The notes under the pieces are model-generated. The model saw only the letters and a list, made by a program, of their open reading frames with translations. It had not been told where the DNA came from and made no database searches. Position numbers and translations under genes: made by a program. From the NCBI GenBank assembly GCA_964481345.1, contig CAYZTC010000001.1:7766-71765 (forward strand): a DNA stretch of 64,000 bases. Direction: 5' to 3'. Of the stretch, positions 1-9,521 are shown piece by piece (positions within the stretch are counted from its first letter, which is position 1; every line of letters starts with the position of its first letter). The stretch is from an uncultured Candidatus Saccharibacteria bacterium (GTDB lineage: Bacteria > Patescibacteriota > Dojkabacteria > SC72 > JAFGCJ01).

Positions 1-1
1 A

Positions 2-568
2 TGGGGATGGGAAGAAAATGAAGGAATACATTGGAGAGGAGATTACGACTTAACTCAACATGGTAAATTTGCAAAGAAAGATTTTACATACACAGATCAA
101 AACACCGGTGAAAAATACATACCATATATTGTTGAAACGTCTGGCGGACTGGATAGAACATTTTTATTTGCACTATTCGATGGGTATGAGGAGGAGAACC
201 TAGAAAATAACACAGAAAGAGTCATTCTTAAACTAAATCCATTAGTTGCAGCATACCAGGCTGCCATATTTCCTTTAGTATCAAACAAAGAAAAGCTGGT
301 CGAAATATCAAAGGAAATATTTAAAGACCTATCCAGAAAATTTTCTACAGTAATAGATACAAGAGGCAACATCGGTAAAAGATATAGATATCAAGATGAA
401 ATAGGTACGCCATATTGCATTACAGTAGACTACGAAACTCTCGAAAACAACACTGTCACCATAAGGGATAGAGATACTATGGAACAAGAAAGAGTTAAGA
501 TTGAAAAACTTGATGACATTATCAGTAAAAAGCTTGAAGAGGAAAGAGGCAAGTTGTTTAAAGAATAA
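2..568 (+). CDS. glyQS: Glycyl-tRNA synthetase (class II, dimeric type), C-terminal part; 5' end outside window
   Basis: Frame-2 translation is open from the window start to TAA at 566-568. The segment ...ETSGGLDRTFLFAL...IGKRYRYQDEIGTPYCITVDYETLENNTVTIRDRDTMEQERVKIEKL matches the GlyRS anticodon-binding domain. The listed ORF 97..372(-) is an antisense shadow. Confidence 0.8.
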   Translation, partial: WGWEENEGIHWRGDYDLTQHGKFAKKDFTYTDQNTGEKYIPYIVETSGGLDRTFLFALFDGYEEENLENNTERVILKLNPLVAAYQAAIFPLVSNKEKLVEISKEIFKDLSRKFSTVIDTRGNIGKRYRYQDEIGTPYCITVDYETLENNTVTIRDRDTMEQERVKIEKLDDIISKKLEEERGKLFKE

Positions 569-574
569 GGAAAT

Positions 575-1048
575 CTAGCGGATCTTCAATATTTTGTACT
601 TGCTTTTTCCAGTAGGGGTCTCCACTTGAACCACATCCCCAACCTTTTTTCCCATCACTGCTTTTCCTATTGGTGATTCAATAGAAATATTTTTCTTAGC
701 AGGATCTGCACTTATACTTGATACCACGGCCATCTTCATTTTCTTTCCCCTACTTTCTAGCACAATCTTACATCCAACATCTACAATCTTACGTTTACCC
801 TTTCCTTTTACAATCTCCGACTTCTCCAAAGTTCCCTCAAGTTTGGATATATCTCTTTCAAGGCTTGCCTTTTCCTCCAAAACCTCACTAATTGCAGAGT
901 TTTCCTCAAAGTTTTCATCATTTCTATAATGATCTAACTTATCAGCTAACAACTTCCTACCAATGGTCTTCATTTCTCGAATTTTATCCACCAAAAACTT
1001 ATAGGTTCGTTGAGTTATTTTCTTTTTTTTCTTCTTGGAAGTCTTCAT
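575..1048 (-). CDS. greA: Transcription elongation factor GreA
   Basis: 157 aa. N-terminal coiled-coil and C-terminal FKBP-like domain (…SIESPIGKAVMGKKVGDVVQVETPTGKSKYKILKI) typical of GreA. Confidence 0.8.
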   Translation of the reverse strand: MKTSKKKKKKITQRTYKFLVDKIREMKTIGRKLLADKLDHYRNDENFEENSAISEVLEEKASLERDISKLEGTLEKSEIVKGKGKRKIVDVGCKIVLESRGKKMKMAVVSSISADPAKKNISIESPIGKAVMGKKVGDVVQVETPTGKSKYKILKIR

Positions 1049-1112
1049 CTAAATTGTCAACAATATAAGGTAACGACAGTATATAAAACTAATTACATAT
1101 TACTAAAAGGGT

Positions 1113-1748
1113 TTATTTAACAGCGTTTTTCTTTCTCCAGTTTTCTATCTTTTTATGATCTCCAGATAATAGCACATCAGGTACCTTCCAACCATGAAAC
1201 TCCTCTGGTCGGGTGTATTGAGGATATTCTGACTTCATATCTCTTTCAAAACTTTCCTCTTTAAGTGACTCGGGATTTCCTAGAATTCCTGATACATGCC
1301 TCAACATTGCGTCCACGATCACTAAAGCAGGAAGCTCACCTCCCGAGAGAACATAATCCCCAATTGAGATCTCTTGATCTACGAGATTTTTTCTTACTCT
1401 CTCATCAACACCCTCATAGTGACCACAGATGATTATTAAATGATCTTTTTTGGATAGAGATTTTGCATATTTAGAATTAAACCTCTTTCCTTTAGGAGAT
1501 GTAAGCAAAACTAATGAGTTATCTTTCCTCAGGTCATTTAGAGCTTTGTATATTGGCTCAACTTTCATCACCATTCCAGCCCCACCTCCAAAAGGTCTAT
1601 CATCTACCGTCTTATGTTTATCTGTTGTCCATGCCCTAAGATCATACACTTTTATATCTACCCCGGAATCCTTAGCTATCCTAAAAATACCTTCTGATGT
1701 AAAAGAACTTACTTGAGCAGGAAAAATCGTTATGATATCAACTTTCAT
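1113..1748 (-). CDS. trmD: tRNA (guanine37-N1)-methyltransferase TrmD
   Basis: 211 aa. MKVDIITIFP… start and SPOUT-fold motifs (LLTSPKGKRF, IIICGHYEGVDERV, LSGGELPALVIVDA) match TrmD. Confidence 0.85.
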   Translation of the reverse strand: MKVDIITIFPAQVSSFTSEGIFRIAKDSGVDIKVYDLRAWTTDKHKTVDDRPFGGGAGMVMKVEPIYKALNDLRKDNSLVLLTSPKGKRFNSKYAKSLSKKDHLIIICGHYEGVDERVRKNLVDQEISIGDYVLSGGELPALVIVDAMLRHVSGILGNPESLKEESFERDMKSEYPQYTRPEEFHGWKVPDVLLSGDHKKIENWRKKNAVK

Positions 1749-1876
1749 ATCAGTTGAGGGATTATACAGGTATAATGGTGAAAAATATAGATGGTAAAAA
1801 CACTGTTACAGCAACAAAAAAGGCCACACCTTACATAAAAAATCATAAGGTCTGGCCTATTGCGAATCCTTCTTGG

Positions 1877-2308
1877 TTAACTATTAACCCAAATATTACT
1901 ACAGATTTGGGCCGCAAGATCACGGTCAGATTTATTATCCTTGCTAGAAATACCTACAGAAATTCTAAATTTTCCTACAGCGTGATCTCTAACTGCGGGT
2001 CTTCCCAAGAATCGCAAATTACCCACATACCTTCCAGGGAAAAACAAGCTACCAAATACCTCATTTGGAATCGCTTCAGGGATCCAATCCATTCTACGAT
2101 CGGATCCTTCCTCGTTAAGGACTCTGGAGATCAAAATGATTTCCCCACTTTCAAATTTAATCCCAATTGCTATAATCATCTTCTTCCCCCACTTTACTGC
2201 TCTTTTTTGAGCAGTTCCAAAGAACTTCCCTAACTCTTTATACATGTTGTCAAATTTACTCATTTCTTCCTCCTTTAAAGAGCTTTTTTTTTCTGGCTCC
2301 GCGAGCAC
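1877..2308 (-). CDS. Hypothetical protein, possibly RimM-like (trmD-operon position)
   Basis: 143 aa with proteome-like K/E-rich composition, directly upstream of trmD as rimM usually is, but similarity to RimM is weak. The opposite-strand ORF 1754..2233 has an implausible composition and is treated as a shadow. Confidence 0.35.
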   Translation of the reverse strand: MLAEPEKKSSLKEEEMSKFDNMYKELGKFFGTAQKRAVKWGKKMIIAIGIKFESGEIILISRVLNEEGSDRRMDWIPEAIPNEVFGSLFFPGRYVGNLRFLGRPAVRDHAVGKFRISVGISSKDNKSDRDLAAQICSNIWVNS

Positions 2309-2365
2309 AGTTATGGTAATTGTAGCACAAAAAGTGAGAAACTTAAATATTATAGGATACTATTT

Positions 2366-2965
2366 CTAAGACAAGACTATTGAATAGAGAGAAGAATTAT
2401 TAATAAAATGAAGAAGAATCATCAAATACAGATTCGGATGTTTCAAATAGACACTTGTCCACCCTAGACTAAGGAGAAATGAGAAGATAAGCAAGTTATA
2501 GTTATAACCAATTATTGGCATAAGTAATACATGAACCATACCAAACAATATACTTATAATTAAAGCAACCTTAAATTTACTTTGTGTAAAGACTTTTATT
2601 CGAATCGGAAGATATCCTCGATAATAGAGCTCTTGGGCCACAGATGACAGAAATACAAGCCACATCATCCGAAACTCTACTATCTCTTTGTCAAAAGAAA
2701 CTCCACTTATTTTAACAATATAAGCACCCACAACGGTTATCACATAAAGAAGTAAATATATTGGTAAGGTTTTCAAGAGATTATCTGTCCGCAAACCCAT
2801 CTGCCTTTGTGAAATTATTCCAGTTCTAATTAAGATTACACATATCAAGATGCCAGCCAAAAATAAAACTACCCCACCAAAATAGAATAATATAAAAGCA
2901 ATCACAAAAGATGTTAATACTAGTTCAGTGGCAACCAATAACTTCTTTTTTGTACTATTAATCAT
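2366..2965 (-). CDS. CPBP-family (CAAX/Abi-like) intramembrane metalloprotease
   Basis: Polytopic membrane protein carrying the three CPBP motifs: QELYYRG (EExxxR-like), FGMVH (FxxxH) and HFINN (HxxxN). Confidence 0.65.
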   Translation of the reverse strand: MINSTKKKLLVATELVLTSFVIAFILFYFGGVVLFLAGILICVILIRTGIISQRQMGLRTDNLLKTLPIYLLLYVITVVGAYIVKISGVSFDKEIVEFRMMWLVFLSSVAQELYYRGYLPIRIKVFTQSKFKVALIISILFGMVHVLLMPIIGYNYNLLIFSFLLSLGWTSVYLKHPNLYLMILLHFINNSSLYSIVLS

Positions 2966-2999
2966 AAGTATGAATTATTCACTTTTTCCCAAAATATAC

Positions 3000-3878
3000 T
3001 CACGCCAAAAGCCAGATGCCTACAGAAGAAAGAATAGATGCACTAACAACTTTCAGTATGTTTTTCTTTTCGTTAAGAAATAATATTGATAAAACAACAA
3101 TCAATACATTTTGCGTTGATAAAATAAAGTTTGCCTGAGAGGCATTAACACCAAAGTTATATGAAGAGTAAATAAAATAATATGAAATAAATGATGATAT
3201 TACAGCAATAAATAATAAATGACGGTTACTCCCGTCACTTAACATCCTCGGGATTTTAGCTACACTTCTACAAAACACTATAGAAATAATAATTGCAGGA
3301 AAGAGATAAGAAAGGACAACCCAAAACAACGGTGATATCTCATACTCAAAAATTATCTTATTATCTAGAATCATTGCAATTGCAGAGGATACCGTTGCAA
3401 ACAAAATATAGAAGAAAACTCCTTTAAATTTCCATTTCTCATTTCCAAGACTCACAATGGCAACACCTATCAAAACCAGCACTCCACCAATGATTCCGTT
3501 GATTTCTAACCCACTAATTCCCAAGATCCGCGATAACAATAAAGTTATAAAACCTGATGAAGACATCAAAACAGTAATTTCAGACAATGGTGCTTTTTTA
3601 AGGAGCGTCTGAAAGATTACCGCGTTGATAGCTACAAAAATAAACTCTAAAATCACTAAGACCAAAATCTCGGTCCTTAAAACTGTCGCGAGATCATCCT
3701 TATTAAAGTAAAAAAGTGTATATAGCAAAAAACTCATAATGGAAACCGTAAAAAGAAGAGATATTACGTATGAGATTGGATCATTATCTTTTTTTAAATG
3801 GAACTTTTTAGTAAAAAGACAGTAAATACTTGAAGAAACAACAGAGATTAAAATCATATATATGCCCATGTTTTTCAA
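3000..3878 (-). CDS. Polytopic integral membrane protein (possibly a DMT/EamA-like transporter)
   Basis: 292 aa with about ten hydrophobic helices arranged in two halves. No catalytic motif recognised. Confidence 0.4.
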   Translation of the reverse strand: MKNMGIYMILISVVSSSIYCLFTKKFHLKKDNDPISYVISLLFTVSIMSFLLYTLFYFNKDDLATVLRTEILVLVILEFIFVAINAVIFQTLLKKAPLSEITVLMSSSGFITLLLSRILGISGLEINGIIGGVLVLIGVAIVSLGNEKWKFKGVFFYILFATVSSAIAMILDNKIIFEYEISPLFWVVLSYLFPAIIISIVFCRSVAKIPRMLSDGSNRHLLFIAVISSFISYYFIYSSYNFGVNASQANFILSTQNVLIVVLSILFLNEKKNILKVVSASILSSVGIWLLA

Positions 3879-3893
3879 GACAAAACTAATTAC

Positions 3894-3968
3894 TGGTGCC
3901 GCTACAGAGAATCGAACTCTGATTATTGAGTTGAGAACCCAACGTCCTAACCGTTAGACGATAGCGGC
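3894..3968 (-). tRNA. tRNA-Glu (anticodon CUC)
   Basis: The minus-strand read GCCGCTATCGTCTAACGGTTAGGACGTTGGGTTCTCAACTCAATAATCAGAGTTCGATTCTCTGTAGCGGCACCA folds as a cloverleaf. It has a 7-bp acceptor stem, a D arm, the anticodon loop TTCTCAA (CTC), a T-loop TTCGATT and an encoded CCA. Confidence 0.85.
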
Positions 3969-3970
3969 TC

Positions 3971-4007
3971 AGCTAACTTATAGCGTGATCCACACTATAA
4001 GTTAGCT
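3971..4007. repeat. Perfect 13-bp inverted repeat (hairpin) abutting the tRNA-Glu 5' end
   Basis: agctaacttatag / ctataagttagct separated by an 11-nt loop. There is no U-tract on either strand. Confidence 0.5.
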
Positions 4008-4095
4008 GGACCGCCCATAAATCTTACACTTAAATACGCTAACAAAGAACAAAATCTACAACGATTTCCACTTTACGATACCCACCCGTATTTCC

Positions 4096-4731
4096 TCACT
4101 CAATCGCCACCACGTAAGTACCGATCTCTAAAATATCAAACAGCGCTATTATATCAGCATTATTATGATATACACAACCCAAACTGAACGGTGTGCCTAT
4201 CCTATCAGGCTCATTTGTGCCATGAAGGGCTACATTTGTCTCAATCCACACTCCACTCACATATCTATCCAACATCATCATTCTAGACCCATACAGCGGC
4301 GCTACCTCATATCCAATCTTGCTTGCAACCCTCCACAAGCTTTTCGTCATCTCCCTATCTGTCCCTCCCTGACCAGTTGAAACTCTATAAGAGGAGATTA
4401 ATGAGCCCAATTTATCAAAAACATACTCCTTTTGCTCAGAAATATCTACCACAACAACATAATTTGACCGTTCAACATTTCCTAGAAAACTAGTCAAATA
4501 ATCTATGGCATAATCGTACTTTGATTGGTAGACAAGCCCTACTGAGCTATTTTGAACAGAATCCTCTACAATATCAATTTCAGCTTGAGAACCCACATTA
4601 TGCCAAGAAAGCTTGTTATATAAGTAAGAATTAAGTATGTATAAACCCGCAAAACTAGCCAAAATCATCAAAAATGTACCTATTTTGCTCTTCATGATAA
4701 TATTATGCCTCAATTGACATAAAATCTCCAA
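4096..4731 (-). CDS. L,D-transpeptidase (YkuD-domain) with N-terminal signal/TM
   Basis: The C-terminal segment …VALHGTNEPDRIGTPFSLGCVYHNNADIIALFD matches the L,D-transpeptidase catalytic motif H-G-(S/T)…S-x-G-C-(I/V)-(R/H). Confidence 0.7.
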   Translation of the reverse strand: MEILCQLRHNIIMKSKIGTFLMILASFAGLYILNSYLYNKLSWHNVGSQAEIDIVEDSVQNSSVGLVYQSKYDYAIDYLTSFLGNVERSNYVVVVDISEQKEYVFDKLGSLISSYRVSTGQGGTDREMTKSLWRVASKIGYEVAPLYGSRMMMLDRYVSGVWIETNVALHGTNEPDRIGTPFSLGCVYHNNADIIALFDILEIGTYVVAIE

Positions 4732-4834
4732 AATAGTATCATTAATAGCTTTATATCAAGCTGTTAGTATATTCCGCTAAAAATTTTAGAGATGTAAAAC
4801 AATATTAACAAATTTTATTTTGTGACCCAGAAAT

Positions 4835-5311
4835 ATGGGAAAAAAGAAAACCTACAAGATCACCAAAGAAGGTTTTGAGGAACTCAAAAAAGAATTAAAG
4901 AAAAGAAAAGAGGTCACTAAGAAGAGACTGCAGGACCAGTTGGACATAGAATTGGGAGATGGAGATATCAGTGAAAACAGTAACTACTACAAAGTACAGG
5001 AAGATATCGCCTCAAACGACAAAAGGATAGATGAACTGGAAGAAATAGTTGACAATTCAGTAATAATTGACACTAAGTCATCTAATTCATCTTCAAGTAA
5101 AGTACAGCCAGGTTCTACTGTAAAACTCTCAAAAAATGGTGAGGAACTAACCTATACAATAGTGGGTGCAACTGAATCGAACCCAGCTAAAAAAAGAATT
5201 TCTATTGAATCACCTCTTGGAGAGGCATTAAAAAATAAGAAAAAAGGAGATCAAGTGATACTGGAAACACCTTTAGGACAACAAAAGTATGATATTATAG
5301 AGGTGTCTTAA
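4835..5311 (+). CDS. greA: Transcription elongation factor GreA (second paralogue)
   Basis: 158 aa. It has the same architecture as the 575..1048 gene, with C-terminus …ISIESPLGEALKNKKKGDQVILETPLGQQKYDIIEV. Confidence 0.75.
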   Translation: MGKKKTYKITKEGFEELKKELKKRKEVTKKRLQDQLDIELGDGDISENSNYYKVQEDIASNDKRIDELEEIVDNSVIIDTKSSNSSSSKVQPGSTVKLSKNGEELTYTIVGATESNPAKKRISIESPLGEALKNKKKGDQVILETPLGQQKYDIIEVS

Positions 5312-5580
5312 TAAAAACTGCCCCAAAATAACTGCCCAAGTAAGCTGTTTTTAACGGTAAAATAGCAAGAAAAAAATATCTACAACTCGGGCTATTCATA
5401 ATAATTGCAATTGTTTTTGCGTTAACTCCTAGGGATATTGACTCGTACACCTTTGAAACTGAAGGATCCGAAGAGGTTATAGAAAGTATTACAGAAACAG
5501 GAATTTCTGCTAAGATTTATTCAAATACGGCTGAAATACCAGTAATCCGCTCCTTTTTTGTTGAAATCCCCAAAATCAAC

Positions 5581-5985
5581 TTGAAAAAAGATATTACTCC
5601 AAATGTTGATCCCACAAATAGAGACGAGTACATGAACGTGATAGAAAACTCTGTGGCACATGGAATGTACACAGCTCTACCATATATTCAAAATGGTAAT
5701 ACATACTTGTTTGCACACAGTAAAATATCGGAAAACGGAGATACTCCTGAAGGTGGATGGTTTACAAGAATAGATGAGCTAAAAGAAGGAGACACCATTA
5801 CATTAATCCTTAACCAAACAAGATATGACTATACTGTAAAAACTAGTACAATTGTCGATCCACTTGACACTTCAGTTTATACTGGAAAATCAGCATTTAA
5901 CGGGAACAACTCCCTTACACTACAAACCTGCTGGCCAAGAGGAACTACAGAAAAAAGACTGATTGTCCAAGCGATCAGCGAATAA
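5581..5985 (+). CDS. Sortase (transpeptidase); real start probably upstream near 5362
   Basis: Carries the TLQTC active-site motif. The same frame is open back to the stop at 5341 and encodes a membrane anchor (KIARKKYLQLGLFIIIAIVFALTP) plus the sortase beta-barrel N-half, but has no ATG/GTG/TTG before 5581. Confidence 0.65.
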   Translation: MKKDITPNVDPTNRDEYMNVIENSVAHGMYTALPYIQNGNTYLFAHSKISENGDTPEGGWFTRIDELKEGDTITLILNQTRYDYTVKTSTIVDPLDTSVYTGKSAFNGNNSLTLQTCWPRGTTEKRLIVQAISE

Positions 5986-6391
5986 GACTCTCAAGCTTCC
6001 CAATTATTTCCTTAGGATAAATGTTTACACTACCCAAATCTGTAATTGAAAGCCACATAGAGTCATACTTACTCTTCCTTTTTTGTTCCTCCACCACCAC
6101 TTGAACAACCGGGTAACCATCTTCATCCAGCTGAACTTCTTGATCCTTATCTAATTCACAGGAAAAATAATAAGTATGATGATCTTTTTCCTTAGTTTTC
6201 TGAATCATATTAACAATCCTTACCCTCAATCCTGTCTCCTCGAAAAATTCTCTTATACACGCATCTTCCAATGACTCCCCCTTTTTTCCATGACCACCTG
6301 GAAAGGTATAGTATTCCCTTTTTCCTTTTCCTATTCTAACAACAAGAAATTTGTCACGAAATACTAGAATTCCCCTGGACCTTTGTTTCAT
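5975..6391 (-). CDS. NUDIX hydrolase
   Basis: Nudix box GGHGKKGESLEDACIREFFEETGL (G-x5-E-x7-REUxEExGU). Confidence 0.75.
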   Translation of the reverse strand: MKQRSRGILVFRDKFLVVRIGKGKREYYTFPGGHGKKGESLEDACIREFFEETGLRVRIVNMIQKTKEKDHHTYYFSCELDKDQEVQLDEDGYPVVQVVVEEQKRKSKYDSMWLSITDLGSVNIYPKEIIGKLESLIR

Positions 6392-6408
6392 ATACCAAAT
6401 ACCTCAAC

Positions 6409-7188
6409 TTAATGAATAGTTGTACATTCAACCTTTTCCCCTGCAACAATCTTTTTAATAATGGAAGGATCTCTACCATCCATAAGACATAGAGAGACTC
6501 TGTTATCCTTAGCAAGCCTAGCACCCAAAATATCAACTGGTACATTCTGTCCTGGCTTATGACCATCTCCTTCGAACATTCCAAGATATTTATCCCAGGT
6601 TAGGTCATACGGAAGTGACGTAGTTATATCATCAATTGGAGTCGCATCCGGGTTTTTATTCGGATCTTCTGTATATACATAATCAATATTGGAAAGCTTA
6701 AACACTCTATCTATTTCCAACTTCGAAGCGAGCACGAACGCATTCAAATCTGTACTAGCACCATTCACAAACCCACCGCTAACTAAGATAGATTTATCAC
6801 CATTCTTCCAGTCGTTAAAATCGGATGTGATACCCTCAATTCCCACTTCAAGACTATTTGCAAATACCCCAATTCCCAGAGTTCTTCTGAATACCAACGA
6901 ATCAACATCCAACAATATTCTAACAAGCTCAGCGTTCATCCACGTTGCTACAATACCAATTCTGTGCTGATCTATTTCCTCTTTGTTACCTATCGAAATT
7001 GCAATATCCCTGTAACGCCTAGAAAGGTTTCCACCACCCGTCACTATTACAAGCTTCAAATCAGAGTTTTTAGAGTCTGCAAAAATATCTTTCACTGAAT
7101 GAGCTAGCTTTTCTAAAAAATCCTCATCTGCAATTTTACCCTTGGGTGAAATAAGTGAACCCCCAATCTTAATAACTACATACCTCAT
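6409..7188 (-). CDS. pyrH: Amino-acid-kinase family protein, probable uridylate (UMP) kinase
   Basis: MRYVVIKIGGSLIS… N-terminus and VIVTGGGNLSRRYRDIA…IGIVATWMNAELVRILL resemble the PyrH GGGN and MNAL motifs. Confidence 0.5.
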   Translation of the reverse strand: MRYVVIKIGGSLISPKGKIADEDFLEKLAHSVKDIFADSKNSDLKLVIVTGGGNLSRRYRDIAISIGNKEEIDQHRIGIVATWMNAELVRILLDVDSLVFRRTLGIGVFANSLEVGIEGITSDFNDWKNGDKSILVSGGFVNGASTDLNAFVLASKLEIDRVFKLSNIDYVYTEDPNKNPDATPIDDITTSLPYDLTWDKYLGMFEGDGHKPGQNVPVDILGARLAKDNRVSLCLMDGRDPSIIKKIVAGEKVECTTIH

Positions 7189-8063
7189 TAAATATACAAG
7201 ATCAAAATTATTACCATAATGGCAAAAATTATATATTGAGACATAGTGTCACTATCATATGTTCCCTCCAACTTGTGATGCCAAAACACATCTGCTAAAT
7301 AATAACCTACCGTAATAAGTAATGATAAAGTTGCAATATTTAATAATGGTATCTGCATAACTACGAAAGATCCAATTCCAACAAGAAGTGCCGTAAACAA
7401 AGAGTATAAAAGTATTTTTACTTTCAACTGGTCAAACATAACTACCATCATAGCTACAAGAATAAACGATATTGCACTAGTTCCAATATATATCATCCAT
7501 CTTGGCCAGCCATGATAAAAAATTGAGTTTACAAATATATCAGTATAAAAGTAAAAAACAATTATGTTCATGAAATCAAAGATGTACTTTGTGCTTCTTG
7601 ATATGCTGTAAATTTTTCTATAAGTGCATGAAATATTGTAAAAAAGTATAAGAAATCCTATTGTGACAATCAAAACAGCAACCTGATCAAGTACCCTTAC
7701 TCTGTTGTAAAAGATGAACAACGCACCTGAAATATAAAAAAGACTAGGTAAAACCAGATGATACAAAAATGACTCATTCCATATTCTTTTTCTCCAATGC
7801 TTCACCTTCACTGAAAAGGGAGTCATATACTCATTCACTCTTGAATATAGAAGCTCAAAGATAACAACAAAGAACCCTATTACAAATAATAGCCAGAAAT
7901 TTATGTAAGACTTAACCTGAACTAAAATAAGCATAAATTCAAATACAGCAAAGAGACAAACAGAATAAAACAAGCTCCTTCTATAAATATTTGAAAGCCG
8001 AACTTTTTTCCTTGTAGATTTCTTTTTACCCGCCATATTATGAGATGGTACCGGTTGCTCCAA
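7188..8063 (-). CDS. Hypothetical polytopic membrane protein
   Basis: 291 aa with at least 8 predicted TM helices and no recognisable motif. Confidence 0.4.
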   Translation of the reverse strand: MEQPVPSHNMAGKKKSTRKKVRLSNIYRRSLFYSVCLFAVFEFMLILVQVKSYINFWLLFVIGFFVVIFELLYSRVNEYMTPFSVKVKHWRKRIWNESFLYHLVLPSLFYISGALFIFYNRVRVLDQVAVLIVTIGFLILFYNISCTYRKIYSISRSTKYIFDFMNIIVFYFYTDIFVNSIFYHGWPRWMIYIGTSAISFILVAMMVVMFDQLKVKILLYSLFTALLVGIGSFVVMQIPLLNIATLSLLITVGYYLADVFWHHKLEGTYDSDTMSQYIIFAIMVIILILYI

Positions 8064-9429
8064 TTAATAATGTCACTCCCAAGATAATAACCCAAAGACT
8101 TGTCTTGAACAATGTTTTACCATGACTCTCAAGTTTCTTTAGTTTATACAAATAATAAATATCCAGTCCAAAAAGTATTGCTAGGCCAACTATTATCACT
8201 TTGTTAAAAATTGATGATAAAGATCCTAAACTAAGCCCCGAGTCTTCTGACGAACTTACTAACGCCCTCACCTCATTTGCAATACCCAAACTAGAATAGT
8301 TTCCACTTGTATCAGAAGCCACAATCTCACACTCCCCCAATGTATCACCAGAAGTCACAAGAAGTGATCCTTCGTAATACCCCTCCTCTGATTTCTCAAG
8401 ATCTACCCTTTTATCTCCGATAGTCAGACTAACACCAGCTGGCTCTTCCATAAGTTCTACTCTTACAACCAGTATTCCTACCTCATATGTTATTTCTAAA
8501 CTCTCCTTATCAAACTCTGGAGGTACTGTATCCACAGTAAACCCGACACTATCTGAAACTCCAGCTATACTTCCCTCAGCATGAACATCATATTCACCCT
8601 CATCCCATTTTTCTTCAGGCCTATAATCCCATATCCCCTCCTCACACACCGCATCACCCAAAAGCTCTTCATCATTAAATATCTCTATGTCCTGTTCACT
8701 TACTCCAGAAGTTCCTTCAAGATCAAAATCATTTTCGTTAATAAAGTCACCATCCTCAGGATAAGTTATGTCTAAACTATCATCTATTGGCTCTGGAACA
8801 GGCTCTGGAGTGGTACTTGGTTGATCTTGAGAGTCACCTTGGGTATCAGTATCACCATTAGTCTCAGATGTTTCTGGAAGTACTGAGGTCGCTCCAAACA
8901 TTTGAACTACAAGAATGACATTTTCACCAAGAAGAGTACCAGGAACAGCAGCAATACCGATATTTTTATAATTAGGACTCATAATATTCTCTCTGTGAGA
9001 CTCACTCGCCATCCATGCACTATGCACTCCCTCCGAAGTAGTGAAGCCTTTAGCTAAATTCTCTCCTGCATATACATAACTGTAGCCAGCAGCAAGAATA
9101 AACTGCCAGGGGGTTTCTCCGTTCGGACCATAATGATCCCAGTACTGCTCATCAAACATATTTTGCGCCTTAGCATGAGCAGCAGATACTAACCTAGAGT
9201 CCTGACTTAGAGCATTTAATCCAGTAGCCTGCCTTTCTTGATTACAGAGAGTGATAAGCTCAGAGCCAGAGACCGCTCCAGCAGACACAGGAGTACCGAA
9301 TGCACCAGAAAACATATTAACAAGAAGTATCAAAACAGTATAAACAAAGAAGGCACCCTTTCTTAGTAGACGAGGCTGATAATCATTTTTCTTTGTAGGA
9401 ATAATCCAATCCACGAAAGACAGTTTCAT
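8038..9429 (-). CDS. Secreted CAP/SCP/PR-1-like domain protein with acidic linker and C-terminal TM anchor
   Basis: CAP-domain signature (…AHAKAQNMFDEQYWDHYGPNGETPWQFI…YAGENLAKGF…HSAWMASESHRENIMSPNYKNIGIA), followed by a D/E/T-rich linker and C-terminal hydrophobic segments. Confidence 0.6.
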   Translation of the reverse strand: MKLSFVDWIIPTKKNDYQPRLLRKGAFFVYTVLILLVNMFSGAFGTPVSAGAVSGSELITLCNQERQATGLNALSQDSRLVSAAHAKAQNMFDEQYWDHYGPNGETPWQFILAAGYSYVYAGENLAKGFTTSEGVHSAWMASESHRENIMSPNYKNIGIAAVPGTLLGENVILVVQMFGATSVLPETSETNGDTDTQGDSQDQPSTTPEPVPEPIDDSLDITYPEDGDFINENDFDLEGTSGVSEQDIEIFNDEELLGDAVCEEGIWDYRPEEKWDEGEYDVHAEGSIAGVSDSVGFTVDTVPPEFDKESLEITYEVGILVVRVELMEEPAGVSLTIGDKRVDLEKSEEGYYEGSLLVTSGDTLGECEIVASDTSGNYSSLGIANEVRALVSSSEDSGLSLGSLSSIFNKVIIVGLAILFGLDIYYLYKLKKLESHGKTLFKTSLWVIILGVTLLIGATGTIS

Positions 9430-9460
9430 AACTAAATCATTTTACAGGATAAATTGGGTC

Positions 9461-9496
9461 AAAAAAAGTGGAGTCCTCGCTACGCTCGGACTCCAC
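9461..9496 (-). terminator. Rho-independent terminator downstream of hu
   Basis: GC-rich 9-bp stem (gtggagtcc…ggactccac, 11-nt loop) at 9468-9496, followed on the minus strand by a T7 tract (plus A-run 9461-9467). Confidence 0.65.
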
Positions 9497-9521
9497 CCTT
9501 ATCCACAGAGCTTACAGGCTA

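Noticed and set aside
97-372. ORF 97..372 (-)
   Set aside because: It is the antisense shadow of the clearly recognisable GlyRS C-terminal coding frame on the + strand.
1754-2233. ORF 1754..2233 (+) overlapping 1877..2308 (-)
   Set aside because: The plus-strand translation is compositionally implausible (Asn/Ser/Cys/Trp-rich with no motifs). The minus-strand ORF fits the local operon direction and proteome composition.
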